Source: Acholeplasmataceae bacterium (GTDB lineage: Bacteria > Bacillota_I > Bacilli_A > Acholeplasmatales > Acholeplasmataceae). From it: a stretch of 64,000 nucleotides of DNA. Below the pieces are notes generated by a model. It was given only the letters and a program-made list of their open reading frames with translations. It was not told the DNA's origin and did not search any database. Where the stretch lies: positions 160,001 through 224,000 of the forward strand of contig OY775910.1 in the NCBI GenBank assembly GCA_963675245.1. The letters are read 5' to 3'. Shown in pieces: positions 31,620 through 41,103 of this stretch. The number at the start of each line of letters is the position of its first letter. The stretch's first letter is position 1. The translations under genes and the position numbers were made by a program.

Positions 31620-31633
31620 TGTAATCGATTACA
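31620..31633. promoter_or_regulatory. LacI operator TGTAATCGATTACA (copy 1)
   Basis: perfect 14-bp palindrome just downstream of the lacI promoter (TTGACA 31661-31666, TG-TATAAT 31639-31644, minus strand). Confidence 0.85.
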
Positions 31634-31738
31634 CATAAATTATAACACATGTAAGCGTTTTGTCAACAATTGAAATCGCTTTTTTTCGATTATATTAAAA
31701 GTTCTTGCTATTTTCAGACACTTGTATTAAAATAATGA

Positions 31739-31752
31739 TGTAATCGATTACA
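31739..31752. promoter_or_regulatory. LacI operator TGTAATCGATTACA (copy 2)
   Basis: identical palindrome just downstream of TTGCTA(31705)-17 bp-TAAAAT(31728). Confidence 0.85.
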
Positions 31753-31770
31753 AGGAAAAGAGGCAAAGAT

Positions 31771-32907
31771 ATGAAAACATACAAAGCAGCTGTTATTGGC
31801 ATAGGATTTATCGGTGTTGCCCATATAGAAGCATTAAGAAGATTAGGGAATGTTGACGTCATCGCTATTTCAGATCAAATAGATTTAGAAAAAAAAGCGG
31901 AAAAATACAACATTTCAAGCTATTATAAAGATTACAAACAGATGATTGAAGAAATTAATTTAGATTTTATTCACATCTGTACGCCAAATAATACACATTA
32001 TGAAATAGCAAAATACGCTATCGAAAGAAACATTAATGTCGTGTTAGAAAAACCTATGACTGTGTCCTTGAAAGAAGCGAAAGAACTTGTTGCACTAGCT
32101 GAAGAAAAAGGTGTTGTTGCAGCCATTAATTTCCATAATCGTTTATATCCCGCGACTGCATATATTAAAAAGGAAATAGAAAAGGGCACTTATGGTGATA
32201 TATTTTCTATGCAGGGCGTATACATTCAAGATTGGTTATTTTATCAAACAGACTACTCTTGGCGTTTAGTATCTGAAACATCTGGTAAGACGAGAGCGGT
32301 TGCTGATATTGGAAGCCATTGGTTAGACTTGATGGAATATATGACAGGTCATAAAATCACTGAAGTACTTGCAGAGTTTAAAACGGTTTATGACACAAGA
32401 AAAAAAGCAACAAAGCCATTAGAAACTTTTACAAAAGCAACATCTGATATGACATATGAAGATGTCCCCATTGATACAGAAGATATCGCAACCATTACTT
32501 TTAGAACTGACAAAGGTGCATTAGGCAATGCATATATTAGTCAAATGGTAGCCGGTAAGAAAAATAGAATCAATGTTCTTCTGTCCGGTACGAAACACTC
32601 TATTGAATGGCGTTTAGAAGATTTAGAAAACGTTGTTGTTGGTAGCAGAGATGAAGGTAATATTTATATTCCTAAGGATGCACAAATGATGCCCGATGTG
32701 AAGAGTCAAATCGATTATCCATCAGGACATACTGAAGGATTTCCGGATGCCTTTAAACAAGCATTTAAGCAAATCTATTACAAAGCATCACATCCATCAT
32801 ATCAACCACTCTTTGCTGAGTTCAAAGATGGCTTAAGAATGATGTTACTAGATGAAAAGATTTATGAATCAGCAAAAGCAAGAAAGTGGGTTAAGATTAA
32901 TGAATGA
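31771..32907 (+). CDS. Gfo/Idh/MocA family sugar oxidoreductase
   Basis: GIGFIG Rossmann motif, ICTPN..H, EKPM, DIGSH. Confidence 0.92.
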   Translation: MKTYKAAVIGIGFIGVAHIEALRRLGNVDVIAISDQIDLEKKAEKYNISSYYKDYKQMIEEINLDFIHICTPNNTHYEIAKYAIERNINVVLEKPMTVSLKEAKELVALAEEKGVVAAINFHNRLYPATAYIKKEIEKGTYGDIFSMQGVYIQDWLFYQTDYSWRLVSETSGKTRAVADIGSHWLDLMEYMTGHKITEVLAEFKTVYDTRKKATKPLETFTKATSDMTYEDVPIDTEDIATITFRTDKGALGNAYISQMVAGKKNRINVLLSGTKHSIEWRLEDLENVVVGSRDEGNIYIPKDAQMMPDVKSQIDYPSGHTEGFPDAFKQAFKQIYYKASHPSYQPLFAEFKDGLRMMLLDEKIYESAKARKWVKINE

Positions 32908-33823
32908 TATGAGAATTGGCTTGCATAGTGCCATACTACCTGATCAAAGCTTTGAAGAAGTGATTGATATATGCGAAAAAAAAGGATTTCAGTCTGTTGA
33001 AGTTTGTGTTTGGCCACAAGGCAAATCAGAAAGACGATATGCTGGTGTCTCACATCTAGATGTTGAAAACCATGATCCATCTTATATTAAATATATTTTA
33101 TCTTATGCAAAAACCCATAATGTCGATATTGTAGCATTGGGTTACTATCCAAATCCTTTAGATCCTAATCAAGAAAAAAGTGAAGTTGCTATAAACCACA
33201 TTCTAAAAGTTATTGAATTTGCTCATCTTCTAGGTGTCAACCGTGTATCTACATTTGTTGGTAAAGACCCATCAAAGTCTGTTGAAGATAATATGGAGAG
33301 TTTCAAAAAAGTGTGGCCAAAGATTATTGATTATGCAGCATCTCTAAATGTATGGGTGGGTATAGAAAACTGCCCTATGTATTTCACTAAAAATGAATGG
33401 CCAGGTGGTGCGAATCTCGCCAGTTCTCCAAAAATTTGGGAAGATATGTTTAACATAATTCCTTCTAAATATTTTGGTCTTTCATATGATCCATCACACT
33501 TAAATTTCCAAGGTATGGATTATATTAAACCACTTCACCAATTTAAAGATCGCATTCATCATTTGCATATAAAAGATACACTTGTCGATCAAGAAAAACT
33601 TGATCAAGTCGGTATATTTGCATATCCTCTGGATTACATGGCACCAAAGATTCCCGGTAAAGGAACAATTAACTGGAAAGTCTTTCTAGAGCATGTTCAA
33701 TCTACTGGATATCATGAAGGTATTGTTATCGAAATCGAAGACAAAGATTATGAACATACATTTGAAGATGTTTTAACATCCCTACATTTATCTATAAGTC
33801 ATATAAAACATCAATTGACATAA
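32900..33823 (+). CDS. sugar phosphate isomerase/epimerase (xylose isomerase-like TIM barrel)
   Basis: IENCP, YDPSH, HIKD, IEIE metal ligands; start probably ATG 32900. Confidence 0.88.
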   Translation: MNDMRIGLHSAILPDQSFEEVIDICEKKGFQSVEVCVWPQGKSERRYAGVSHLDVENHDPSYIKYILSYAKTHNVDIVALGYYPNPLDPNQEKSEVAINHILKVIEFAHLLGVNRVSTFVGKDPSKSVEDNMESFKKVWPKIIDYAASLNVWVGIENCPMYFTKNEWPGGANLASSPKIWEDMFNIIPSKYFGLSYDPSHLNFQGMDYIKPLHQFKDRIHHLHIKDTLVDQEKLDQVGIFAYPLDYMAPKIPGKGTINWKVFLEHVQSTGYHEGIVIEIEDKDYEHTFEDVLTSLHLSISHIKHQLT

Positions 33824-33848
33824 CTTCTTCTTTCTCCCTATGGAAGAC

Positions 33849-33882
33849 GGACAAGGGTCCCCTGCCCTTGTCCATTTTTTTT
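33849..33882 (+). terminator. intrinsic terminator
   Basis: GGACAAGGG-loop-CCCTTGTCC followed by T run. Confidence 0.85.
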
Positions 33883-33907
33883 AAAAAAAAGCCACAGCGA
33901 TTGTGGC
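33883..33907 (-). terminator. intrinsic terminator of GH65 gene
   Basis: A-run followed by GCCACA-gcgat-TGTGGC. Confidence 0.75.
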
Positions 33908-36144
33908 TATTTCAAATGAATGGTTTTATGATCTTTTATCTCAATAATCTCATCATAGATAAGTATATCAATTGGTTTATTCACTTTTATGGATAAGGTC
34001 TTAGTCGTCAATGTTATCCATAAAATGACACCTTGATAAACAATTCTAGTTTTAATATGTGTTAACTCTGTTTGAGAGACAGGATTTAGAATAAGCTTAT
34101 CACCAAATCTTAAACCAAATAACCCGTAAACAATCATCATGTAGCTACCACCTAAATTAGCAATATGAAGACCGTGTTGTGTTCTATTATGACTATCTCT
34201 GAAATCTAAATCGATAACTCTCTTTAAATAATCAAATCCAAACTCATGATTACCAATCATATAAGCAGCAATACCAAATGCAGTACGTGATAACGAAGAA
34301 TCATGTGTTGTTCTTTTAATGTAGTAGTCAAATGTGTTTTTAAATGTATCTGTCACTTTATCTCCTAATAAAACAGGGGCTAATATCGCATCTGCCTGTT
34401 TGGAGACTTGCATACGGTAAATATCAAGAGGATGTCTGCTTAATAATAACGGTAATTCTTCTGGCGTTAATAAATCAAGTGGTAATGCTTTTTTATGCAT
34501 GAATGAATCATCTTGTTCAATCACATTTAACTGATCATTAATCAGAAGCGTCATATGAGTGGTTGCTTTTTGCATGTCATCTAATTCATCTTGATCCATT
34601 CCAATGTTATGCATTAATTCATCTATTTCATCTGGATGGTTTTTTGTATAATCGATAATAAAATCGAAATGCATTTTTGCCATACGATTTGTATAATAAT
34701 TGTCATTGATGAGTGTTTTATATTCATCTGGACCTGTTACATTATATAAGTGAAAATTACCTGCATGATCAAATGTCCCCCATTCAAGGATGAAACGTGC
34801 CGTTTCTAAAATCACTTCCATACCATAACGTAGCATAAAACGAGTATCTTTAGTAGCAAGATAATAATTAATTAATGCATGTGCCACATCGCTATTGATA
34901 TGAATTTGTGCAGAACCTGCAGGATAATATGGTGACGCTTCTTCACCGTTAATCGTGCGCCAAGCAATTTTAGCACCATGTTTAATACCTAATAATCTAG
35001 CTTCTCTTCTTGACGCATCCAATGTTAAATACCGATACATTAAGATTTTCCTTGCTCGGTGTGGATTCGTTAAGATAAAGTAAGGTAACATATATATTTC
35101 TGCATCCCAAAAGTAATGGCCTTCATATCCAGTGCCAGTTATGCCTTTTGCCGCTATATGTGTCGCATGATGTCTACCGGCATTTAAATTGAGTTGATAT
35201 ATATTATAATGCAGTGCTTGTTCTAATTCTTTATGATTTAATTCTAAAGCTGAACGTTGCCAAAATGGTAGACGTGCTGTTTCTTCTTCTTTGACATACT
35301 GATCAAATGGAAAAACTAAATTAACAATCTTCTCAATTTGTCTTTCTGATGATCGTTGCAAAAATGATGATGTATAAAGCGTGTATTTTGTTATTTTAAA
35401 TGGTTTATTGCGTTCTAACTCAGTATGAATGACACCAACGATAGCGTCTTCTTCATAGCGATAATCAACAGGTTGGTCATGGATCATTGATACATTAATA
35501 CGTTGATGACTATGCGTTGTTTGTGCTTTTAAAAATGCAGCACCTTGCGTTACATCAATACTTCTTAAGATCAAATTTCTCCGTACATTAGGAAGTCTAG
35601 GATCAATATTTGTCACATATTTAACGGTTGGCATTCGTAAATAAGAATCTAACTGAAATGAGCCTTGATAGTTCGGTGATTCTATGGATAATTCAACCAC
35701 GATACTTAATCTGTTCGCAGTAACAAGTTTACGTTCTTTGATAATAAAGGTGTGATTATTTGTCGTTGTATAAATTGCTTTCCGATGAGACACACCTCGT
35801 TTCATATCAAGAGAACGTTCAAGATCAAGCAATTTTGCGTGTTTTAGATCAATATAACCATCATCTGTTTTAAGTTGAATCAATGATGTATCAGGAAGCG
35901 TAACGATGGCTTGTCCCACCTGTGGAAACCCTTTGTAGTTTTCTTCATAACGAAACGGATAGGTATTATAAATACCATTAATCAAGGTAATAGGAAAATG
36001 ATCATCCCCATATCCTTCCGTGAAATGTCCTCGTGTGCCTAACGTCCCATTTGCTAATGAAAAAATTGTTTCATCGCTTAAAAGATCGACGAGTTTAGTT
36101 CTATGGTTGCGTCTAATTGTAAATATTTGATCATCTCGTCTCAT
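33907..36144 (-). CDS. GH65 glycoside phosphorylase (kojibiose/trehalose/maltose phosphorylase family)
   Basis: ETIFSLANG, AKGITG.GYEGHYFWD, TGPDEY catalytic Glu, KQAD, HDSSLS; start ATG 36144 after AAGGAGG. Confidence 0.9.
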   Translation of the reverse strand: MRRDDQIFTIRRNHRTKLVDLLSDETIFSLANGTLGTRGHFTEGYGDDHFPITLINGIYNTYPFRYEENYKGFPQVGQAIVTLPDTSLIQLKTDDGYIDLKHAKLLDLERSLDMKRGVSHRKAIYTTTNNHTFIIKERKLVTANRLSIVVELSIESPNYQGSFQLDSYLRMPTVKYVTNIDPRLPNVRRNLILRSIDVTQGAAFLKAQTTHSHQRINVSMIHDQPVDYRYEEDAIVGVIHTELERNKPFKITKYTLYTSSFLQRSSERQIEKIVNLVFPFDQYVKEEETARLPFWQRSALELNHKELEQALHYNIYQLNLNAGRHHATHIAAKGITGTGYEGHYFWDAEIYMLPYFILTNPHRARKILMYRYLTLDASRREARLLGIKHGAKIAWRTINGEEASPYYPAGSAQIHINSDVAHALINYYLATKDTRFMLRYGMEVILETARFILEWGTFDHAGNFHLYNVTGPDEYKTLINDNYYTNRMAKMHFDFIIDYTKNHPDEIDELMHNIGMDQDELDDMQKATTHMTLLINDQLNVIEQDDSFMHKKALPLDLLTPEELPLLLSRHPLDIYRMQVSKQADAILAPVLLGDKVTDTFKNTFDYYIKRTTHDSSLSRTAFGIAAYMIGNHEFGFDYLKRVIDLDFRDSHNRTQHGLHIANLGGSYMMIVYGLFGLRFGDKLILNPVSQTELTHIKTRIVYQGVILWITLTTKTLSIKVNKPIDILIYDEIIEIKDHKTIHLK

Positions 36145-36222
36145 CTTTTCCTCCTTTAAAATAAAAATAGTCCTAACGACCACCTTTATTATACCCTGTT
36201 TCTTGATTGACTTCAAATGATT

Positions 36223-36248
36223 AAAAAGAGATACCCATTGGATATCTC
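36223..36248 (-). terminator. intrinsic terminator
   Basis: AAAAA GAGATAcCC-att-GGaTATCTC. Confidence 0.6.
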
Positions 36249-36256
36249 AATCATTT

Positions 36257-37063
36257 TTACTCTTTAACAAAACTTCTATAACCTGCAGAAAGTTTTTTTG
36301 ATTGCTGTTTAGGTTCTAAATGTTTTGGTTGAAAAACCTTTAATATAATATATAGTAAACTGATAATTGTAAAACCTAATAAACCAGTCAATACCAAATA
36401 AATTGGATTTACAATAAAGTATCCACCTAGATTATATTCAACACCCCAATTAAAGAATAATTCAAGTGGTGTACCATGTTCTGGTTTAGTCGCATAAAAA
36501 TAATTAGAGGCTTCTCCTGTTGTAAGTAATAATACATTATTCATTACAAGTCCTAATCCATATAAGACAAAGACAATCACTAACGTTTGAGCATAGACCT
36601 TTTTGTTGAGTTTAACAAAACCATTTAAGTAAGCAAATAATGTAATGACAACGATTAAAATGTGACCAAAGATATAAGCACCACCTCGTAATGTCAATAT
36701 CGTTGAATAATTCTCTAAACTGTTTGCGAAAACGATAGACATCATGGCTGCTGGTAAATTAAACAGTGTTGCCAATCCGAAAAACGCTTTGCTATCTGTC
36801 ATAAATGCATAAAGCAATACAAAATTTGCAAAATGACAAATTTGCAGTGGTAATAATTCAAAATCAAATAACTGTCCATTTTTGAAAAAGATTTCTAAAT
36901 TTCTAAGCAGTAATATGATAACAGCGACGATACTTAAAACGACACCTATTTTTTTCTTTGATTGATAGGATTTTTTTCTTGTAAAAAAATAAAGAATTGC
37001 TGTTATTACGAATGGTGAAACCATAAATATATAATGACCAACATGCCACATCTCAAATGTCAT
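36257..37063 (-). CDS. YwaF/TMEM164-like integral membrane protein
   Basis: LLPLQICH, H in TM, NYFY motif, multiple TM. Confidence 0.75.
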   Translation of the reverse strand: MTFEMWHVGHYIFMVSPFVITAILYFFTRKKSYQSKKKIGVVLSIVAVIILLLRNLEIFFKNGQLFDFELLPLQICHFANFVLLYAFMTDSKAFFGLATLFNLPAAMMSIVFANSLENYSTILTLRGGAYIFGHILIVVITLFAYLNGFVKLNKKVYAQTLVIVFVLYGLGLVMNNVLLLTTGEASNYFYATKPEHGTPLELFFNWGVEYNLGGYFIVNPIYLVLTGLLGFTIISLLYIILKVFQPKHLEPKQQSKKLSAGYRSFVKE

Positions 37064-37078
37064 ACTCTATAACCTCTA

Positions 37079-37384
37079 CTATGCCTTGTCTTCGAATATT
37101 TTTTGTTCTTCTAAACGAACTAATCGTGTTGTATTCTGTTGAATTTTTTGACTATTAACAACAACATTCAACACGAGCATCACAATCATATGTGATGTAA
37201 AAACACCCAGTATAACCAAGAAAAATAATAAGACAGATCTGAAATCTACTGCCATAAAGAAGCCAAAAATAGCAGTTCCAATTTCTGCAATAATGAGTAA
37301 GACGATTATGATTTTTACCCATGATATGTTTGTTGGATCGTAAAATTTTTCTGCTGATGATTTTCCCAAATAATCATTATTCAT
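37079..37384 (-). CDS. small two-TM hypothetical protein
   Basis: 101 aa ORF with two hydrophobic segments. Confidence 0.6.
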   Translation of the reverse strand: MNNDYLGKSSAEKFYDPTNISWVKIIIVLLIIAEIGTAIFGFFMAVDFRSVLLFFLVILGVFTSHMIVMLVLNVVVNSQKIQQNTTRLVRLEEQKIFEDKA

Positions 37385-37433
37385 ATTCGTTTTTCTCTTA
37401 TCACAATATAATCATATGTCTATAATAACACGA

Positions 37434-37470
37434 AAAATAAAGCCATCCAAGTACTGGATGACTTTTTTTT
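37434..37470 (-). terminator. intrinsic terminator after metQ
   Basis: AAAGcCATCCA-agtac-TGGATGaCTTT with flanking A/T runs. Confidence 0.7.
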
Positions 37471-37472
37471 AA

Positions 37473-38285
37473 TTATGCAGGGATGACACTTCCACCATAA
37501 TTGGTTGTAATGAAGTTTTGAATCGTTTCTGATGTTAACACTTGCAACAATGCTTGAATCTTAGGTAAGTTTTCTCTACCTTCTAAAACAGCGATAATGT
37601 TCACATAAGGATTATTATCTGGTGATTCAATGACTAATGCGTCTTCAAGTGGATTTAGTCCGCCAGTTAATGCGAAGTTACCATTAATGAATACCAAATC
37701 TCCTTGATCATTGTCATATGCACTGAATAATAATTCTGGATTAATTTGTTCGAATGCTAAATTTTTAGGATTTGATGTAATATCTTCAAGTGTTGCAGTT
37801 AATCGGTCAACTGATGAATCTAATGTGATGAGACCTTCATCTGCTAAGATAGATAAGAAACGACCATGATCAGATGTTGAATTTGAAATGATGACTGTTG
37901 CGTTATCGGGGACATCATCAAGTGATGCATGTCGATTAGAATAAAGGCCAAGTGGTTCAATATGAATACCTGCAACATTGACTAACTTTTTACCTTCTGC
38001 TGCTGTTGCATTATACGCATCAAAGAATGGTACATGTTGAAAATAATTTGCATCCGCTGATCCGTTTGCTACTGCAGGATTTGGTGTCGCATAATCTGAA
38101 ACAACTTCTACTTCTAACGTGTATCCTAATTCTGCTAATAATGGTCTTGCTTGTTCTAATACTTCAGCATGTGGTACTGCAGTAGCCACCACGTAAATGG
38201 TATGTTCATCATCGATTTTTGACTGACAAGCTGTTAATGATACCGCAATAAAAGCGATAAATAATAATGTAATCATTTTTTTCAT
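37473..38285 (-). CDS. metQ: methionine ABC transporter substrate-binding lipoprotein
   Basis: lipobox LTAC, PHAEVL, DANYFQHVPF, HIEPLGLYS. Confidence 0.92.
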   Translation of the reverse strand: MKKMITLLFIAFIAVSLTACQSKIDDEHTIYVVATAVPHAEVLEQARPLLAELGYTLEVEVVSDYATPNPAVANGSADANYFQHVPFFDAYNATAAEGKKLVNVAGIHIEPLGLYSNRHASLDDVPDNATVIISNSTSDHGRFLSILADEGLITLDSSVDRLTATLEDITSNPKNLAFEQINPELLFSAYDNDQGDLVFINGNFALTGGLNPLEDALVIESPDNNPYVNIIAVLEGRENLPKIQALLQVLTSETIQNFITTNYGGSVIPA

Positions 38286-38304
38286 TTTAATTTCTCCTTA
38301 TTTG

Positions 38305-38970
38305 TTAACTATGTTTGATGCGCTTTGTAATTTGGTCAGATATTAATTGAATGAGTAAAACAATCGCTAAGATAATCAAAACAGATACATATCCGGCAAG
38401 TTTTTTGTCAGTGCCACTATGGATTAAGAATATGACTGCTTGATCTGATAAACCACCACCACCGATTGCATTCGCTGCTGAGATAAATCCAATAAGTGTA
38501 ATCAGTGTGACGGTAAGACTTGAAATCATCGCGGGTAATGATTCAATGAATAATGTCCAAATAATTCTAAAAGTTGATGCCCCAAGTGCGCGAAGTGCTT
38601 CAACTTTTCCAAATGGAATATCTAATAATGCGTTATAAACCATACGTGCAAAGAATGGTGTTGCACTGACAATTAATGGTGGCAATGCCCCATTAGCACC
38701 TAACATTTGTCCATTCGTCAAAATCAATGTGACAGGAATCATCATAACGATCAATATGACAAACGGAATTGATCTGAACACATTAACGATACCTGATAAA
38801 ATTTGGTTAAGCACTAAAAGACTTTTTCGTTCTGTTAATCGTCTATCAGTTAAATACAATGTAAAACCGATAAGAAGACCGAATATCACAATAAAAAGTG
38901 CACTGATACCAATCATATAGAAGGTCTCTCCTAAGCCTTCTCTAATCATTCTTAGTTCATACGCTGTCAT
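38305..38970 (-). CDS. metI: methionine ABC transporter permease
   Basis: VNVFRSIPFVIL, IGGGGL. Confidence 0.9.
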   Translation of the reverse strand: MTAYELRMIREGLGETFYMIGISALFIVIFGLLIGFTLYLTDRRLTERKSLLVLNQILSGIVNVFRSIPFVILIVMMIPVTLILTNGQMLGANGALPPLIVSATPFFARMVYNALLDIPFGKVEALRALGASTFRIIWTLFIESLPAMISSLTVTLITLIGFISAANAIGGGGLSDQAVIFLIHSGTDKKLAGYVSVLIILAIVLLIQLISDQITKRIKHS

Positions 38971-39934
38971 AATGTGTCACATCGAGACCTTTATCTCTTA
39001 AGTGAGCTAAAGCTTCTTCGGTCTCCTTTCCGTTAATCTTGACATATAAATAACCGATTTTTGTGTCACCTATTTCTAAAACATGAGCATGAATAATGTT
39101 AAAGTCAACATCAAATTTTTTGGCGGTTTGACTTAACAATGCTGTTTCATTTGGATCGTGCTTATAAATCAATTCATATACATGTTTTTCATGTTTAATA
39201 TCAATGATAGGTTTAACAAGAGATGCAGCAATATCAGTTTTAGGATGCATAAAGACATCAACGATTTGTCCTTCTTCAATGATACTTCCTTCATGCATAA
39301 TCGCCACTTTATTACAGATCTTTCTAACAGCTTCAATTTGATGCGTAATCAATAAGATGGTTACATTTGTTTTTAATTGGATATCTTTTAATAACACTAA
39401 TATTTCATTGGCAGTTTTTAAATCTAATGCCGACGTCGCTTCATCACAAAGTAAATAATCTGGGTGATTTGCAATGGCTCTCGCAATCGCCACTCTTTGT
39501 TGTTGTCCACCTGATAATTCTGCTGGATACGCTTCTTTTTTATCTGTTAAACCTACTAATTCTAGTAACTCACGAATCCGTTCATCTTTATTCCCACTAT
39601 ATCCACCAATATCTAAAGCCAACTTAATATTTTGATAGACATCCAATTGTAAAAATAAATTAAAGTCTTGAAAAATCATACCGATCTTATGTCGCATTCG
39701 ATCGATGGCCTGTTTTTTCTGTTCGAAAAGATTGATATCATCAATAATAACCTCACCACCAGTAGGTTTCACTAATCCATTAATAATTCTTACAAGCGTT
39801 GATTTCCCTGCACCGCTATAACCTACAATTCCCAAAATATCACCGGTATTAACGGTTAAATTAACATCAGTTAAGGCATGAAATGCCTGATCTTTGGTAT
39901 GAAATGTTTTACTAATATGTTTTAATTCAATCAT
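38957..39934 (-). CDS. metN: methionine ABC transporter ATPase with NIL domain
   Basis: GYSGAGKST, LSGGQQQR, CDEATSALD; start ATG 39934 after AAGGAG. Confidence 0.92.
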   Translation of the reverse strand: MIELKHISKTFHTKDQAFHALTDVNLTVNTGDILGIVGYSGAGKSTLVRIINGLVKPTGGEVIIDDINLFEQKKQAIDRMRHKIGMIFQDFNLFLQLDVYQNIKLALDIGGYSGNKDERIRELLELVGLTDKKEAYPAELSGGQQQRVAIARAIANHPDYLLCDEATSALDLKTANEILVLLKDIQLKTNVTILLITHQIEAVRKICNKVAIMHEGSIIEEGQIVDVFMHPKTDIAASLVKPIIDIKHEKHVYELIYKHDPNETALLSQTAKKFDVDFNIIHAHVLEIGDTKIGYLYVKINGKETEEALAHLRDKGLDVTHYDSV

Positions 39935-39949
39935 AAATACTCCTTTAAA

Positions 39950-39985
39950 AATAAAAAACAATCATTATCGTCGCGATAAGATTGT
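39950..39985 (-). terminator. riboswitch terminator upstream of metN
   Basis: minus strand ACAATC-TTATCG-cga-CGATAA-t-GATTGT followed by U-run. Confidence 0.85.
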
Positions 39986-39996
39986 ATCTACAAAAG

Positions 39997-40083
39997 TCTC
40001 ATCGCTTATAGCATTACCACCACATCTTAATGATAGGTTGGTAGGCGATCACAGAGCTATATCTCTCCCGCCTTCTTGATAAA
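39997..40083 (-). promoter_or_regulatory. SAM-I family riboswitch (compact, P4-less)
   Basis: minus strand TTATCAAGA...GAGAG..ATAGCTCTGTGA..CCAACC...GGTGGTAATGCTATA..GATGAG; lies upstream of metNIQ. Confidence 0.88.
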
Positions 40084-40139
40084 AAATATTTAGTTGACAG
40101 TATTGTAACACTAAAAAATAAATATGTAAAGTCTTTTTC

Positions 40140-41051
40140 TTAACTTTTTTCAGAAGTTAAAGCATCGACTTCTTCTATTTCCTTATTCGTTTCATCATAA
40201 TATTTTTTAAATAGCTTAAAGTAGCCTTTTGTACCTTCGTTAATGAAATCTGCAGAAATGCGATCATCGCCTAATAATTTCTTAAAAGGATACTTTCCAT
40301 TTACTCTAAATCCATTTATTACACCTGGTCTAATCGCGTCCACCGGACAGTTAACCACACACCCCATACACATGGTACAATCACCACCAAATGATGGGAT
40401 TCCTTTTTTCATTGTGATGTTATCTGTGGGGCATACCTTCACACATAATTCACAAGATGTACATATATCTTTTTTTGCATGAAATAAAGGACCATTTATC
40501 CATGCACCAAACCATTGAATTCTTAATAAGTACATGATAGGCAAATGTAGAAGATTGAACTTCATATGATGGTTTCTATTTTCACGTATATCATAAGCAA
40601 TCACTTTTGCCATGTCATGTGTATGTATATACATTTGTTTAGCTAATGAATCTTTATACTTAAACATGATGTTATAAGGCATTAATAAATGTCTGTCCAT
40701 CATCAGTGTATAGCCTTTTCGTTTCAATATTCTTGATAAAGCCCATGATGACACTTTATTAATGCCAAAAGGCTCACCAGATGTTTTAAATATAAATGCT
40801 CGCTTATGATTTACTATTGGTAATTTTTTGATTTGTCTTAAAAAGAATTGTGGTGCATTAAACGCGTGAATTGGATAACCAAATCCTATAATATCAAACG
40901 TATTCGGATCCTCAAGTTTCTCTTGATCGACCCTTATTTCCATAAGTTTCACAAAATAACCTGAAGCTTCAAGTTCGGTTTTAATTGCTTTAGCAGCTAT
41001 TCTCGTGTTCCCTGTACCTGTGAAATAATATATACCAACTTTTGACATCAT
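40140..41051 (-). CDS. EFR1-family flavodoxin/ferredoxin protein
   Basis: YFTGTGNT flavodoxin loop; two CxxCxxCxxxCP 4Fe-4S motifs. Confidence 0.85.
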   Translation of the reverse strand: MMSKVGIYYFTGTGNTRIAAKAIKTELEASGYFVKLMEIRVDQEKLEDPNTFDIIGFGYPIHAFNAPQFFLRQIKKLPIVNHKRAFIFKTSGEPFGINKVSSWALSRILKRKGYTLMMDRHLLMPYNIMFKYKDSLAKQMYIHTHDMAKVIAYDIRENRNHHMKFNLLHLPIMYLLRIQWFGAWINGPLFHAKKDICTSCELCVKVCPTDNITMKKGIPSFGGDCTMCMGCVVNCPVDAIRPGVINGFRVNGKYPFKKLLGDDRISADFINEGTKGYFKLFKKYYDETNKEIEEVDALTSEKS

Positions 41052-41103
41052 ATAACCTTCAATTGCTTTTATTATATCTTACCACTTAATCCAAAAATAG
41101 GCA

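Noticed and set aside
31603..31650. Extended N-terminus of the second LacI (similarly for metN, asnB, GH65, GH94)
   Set aside because: The extensions run through promoter, operator or RBS sequence; downstream ATGs have better RBS and match family N-termini
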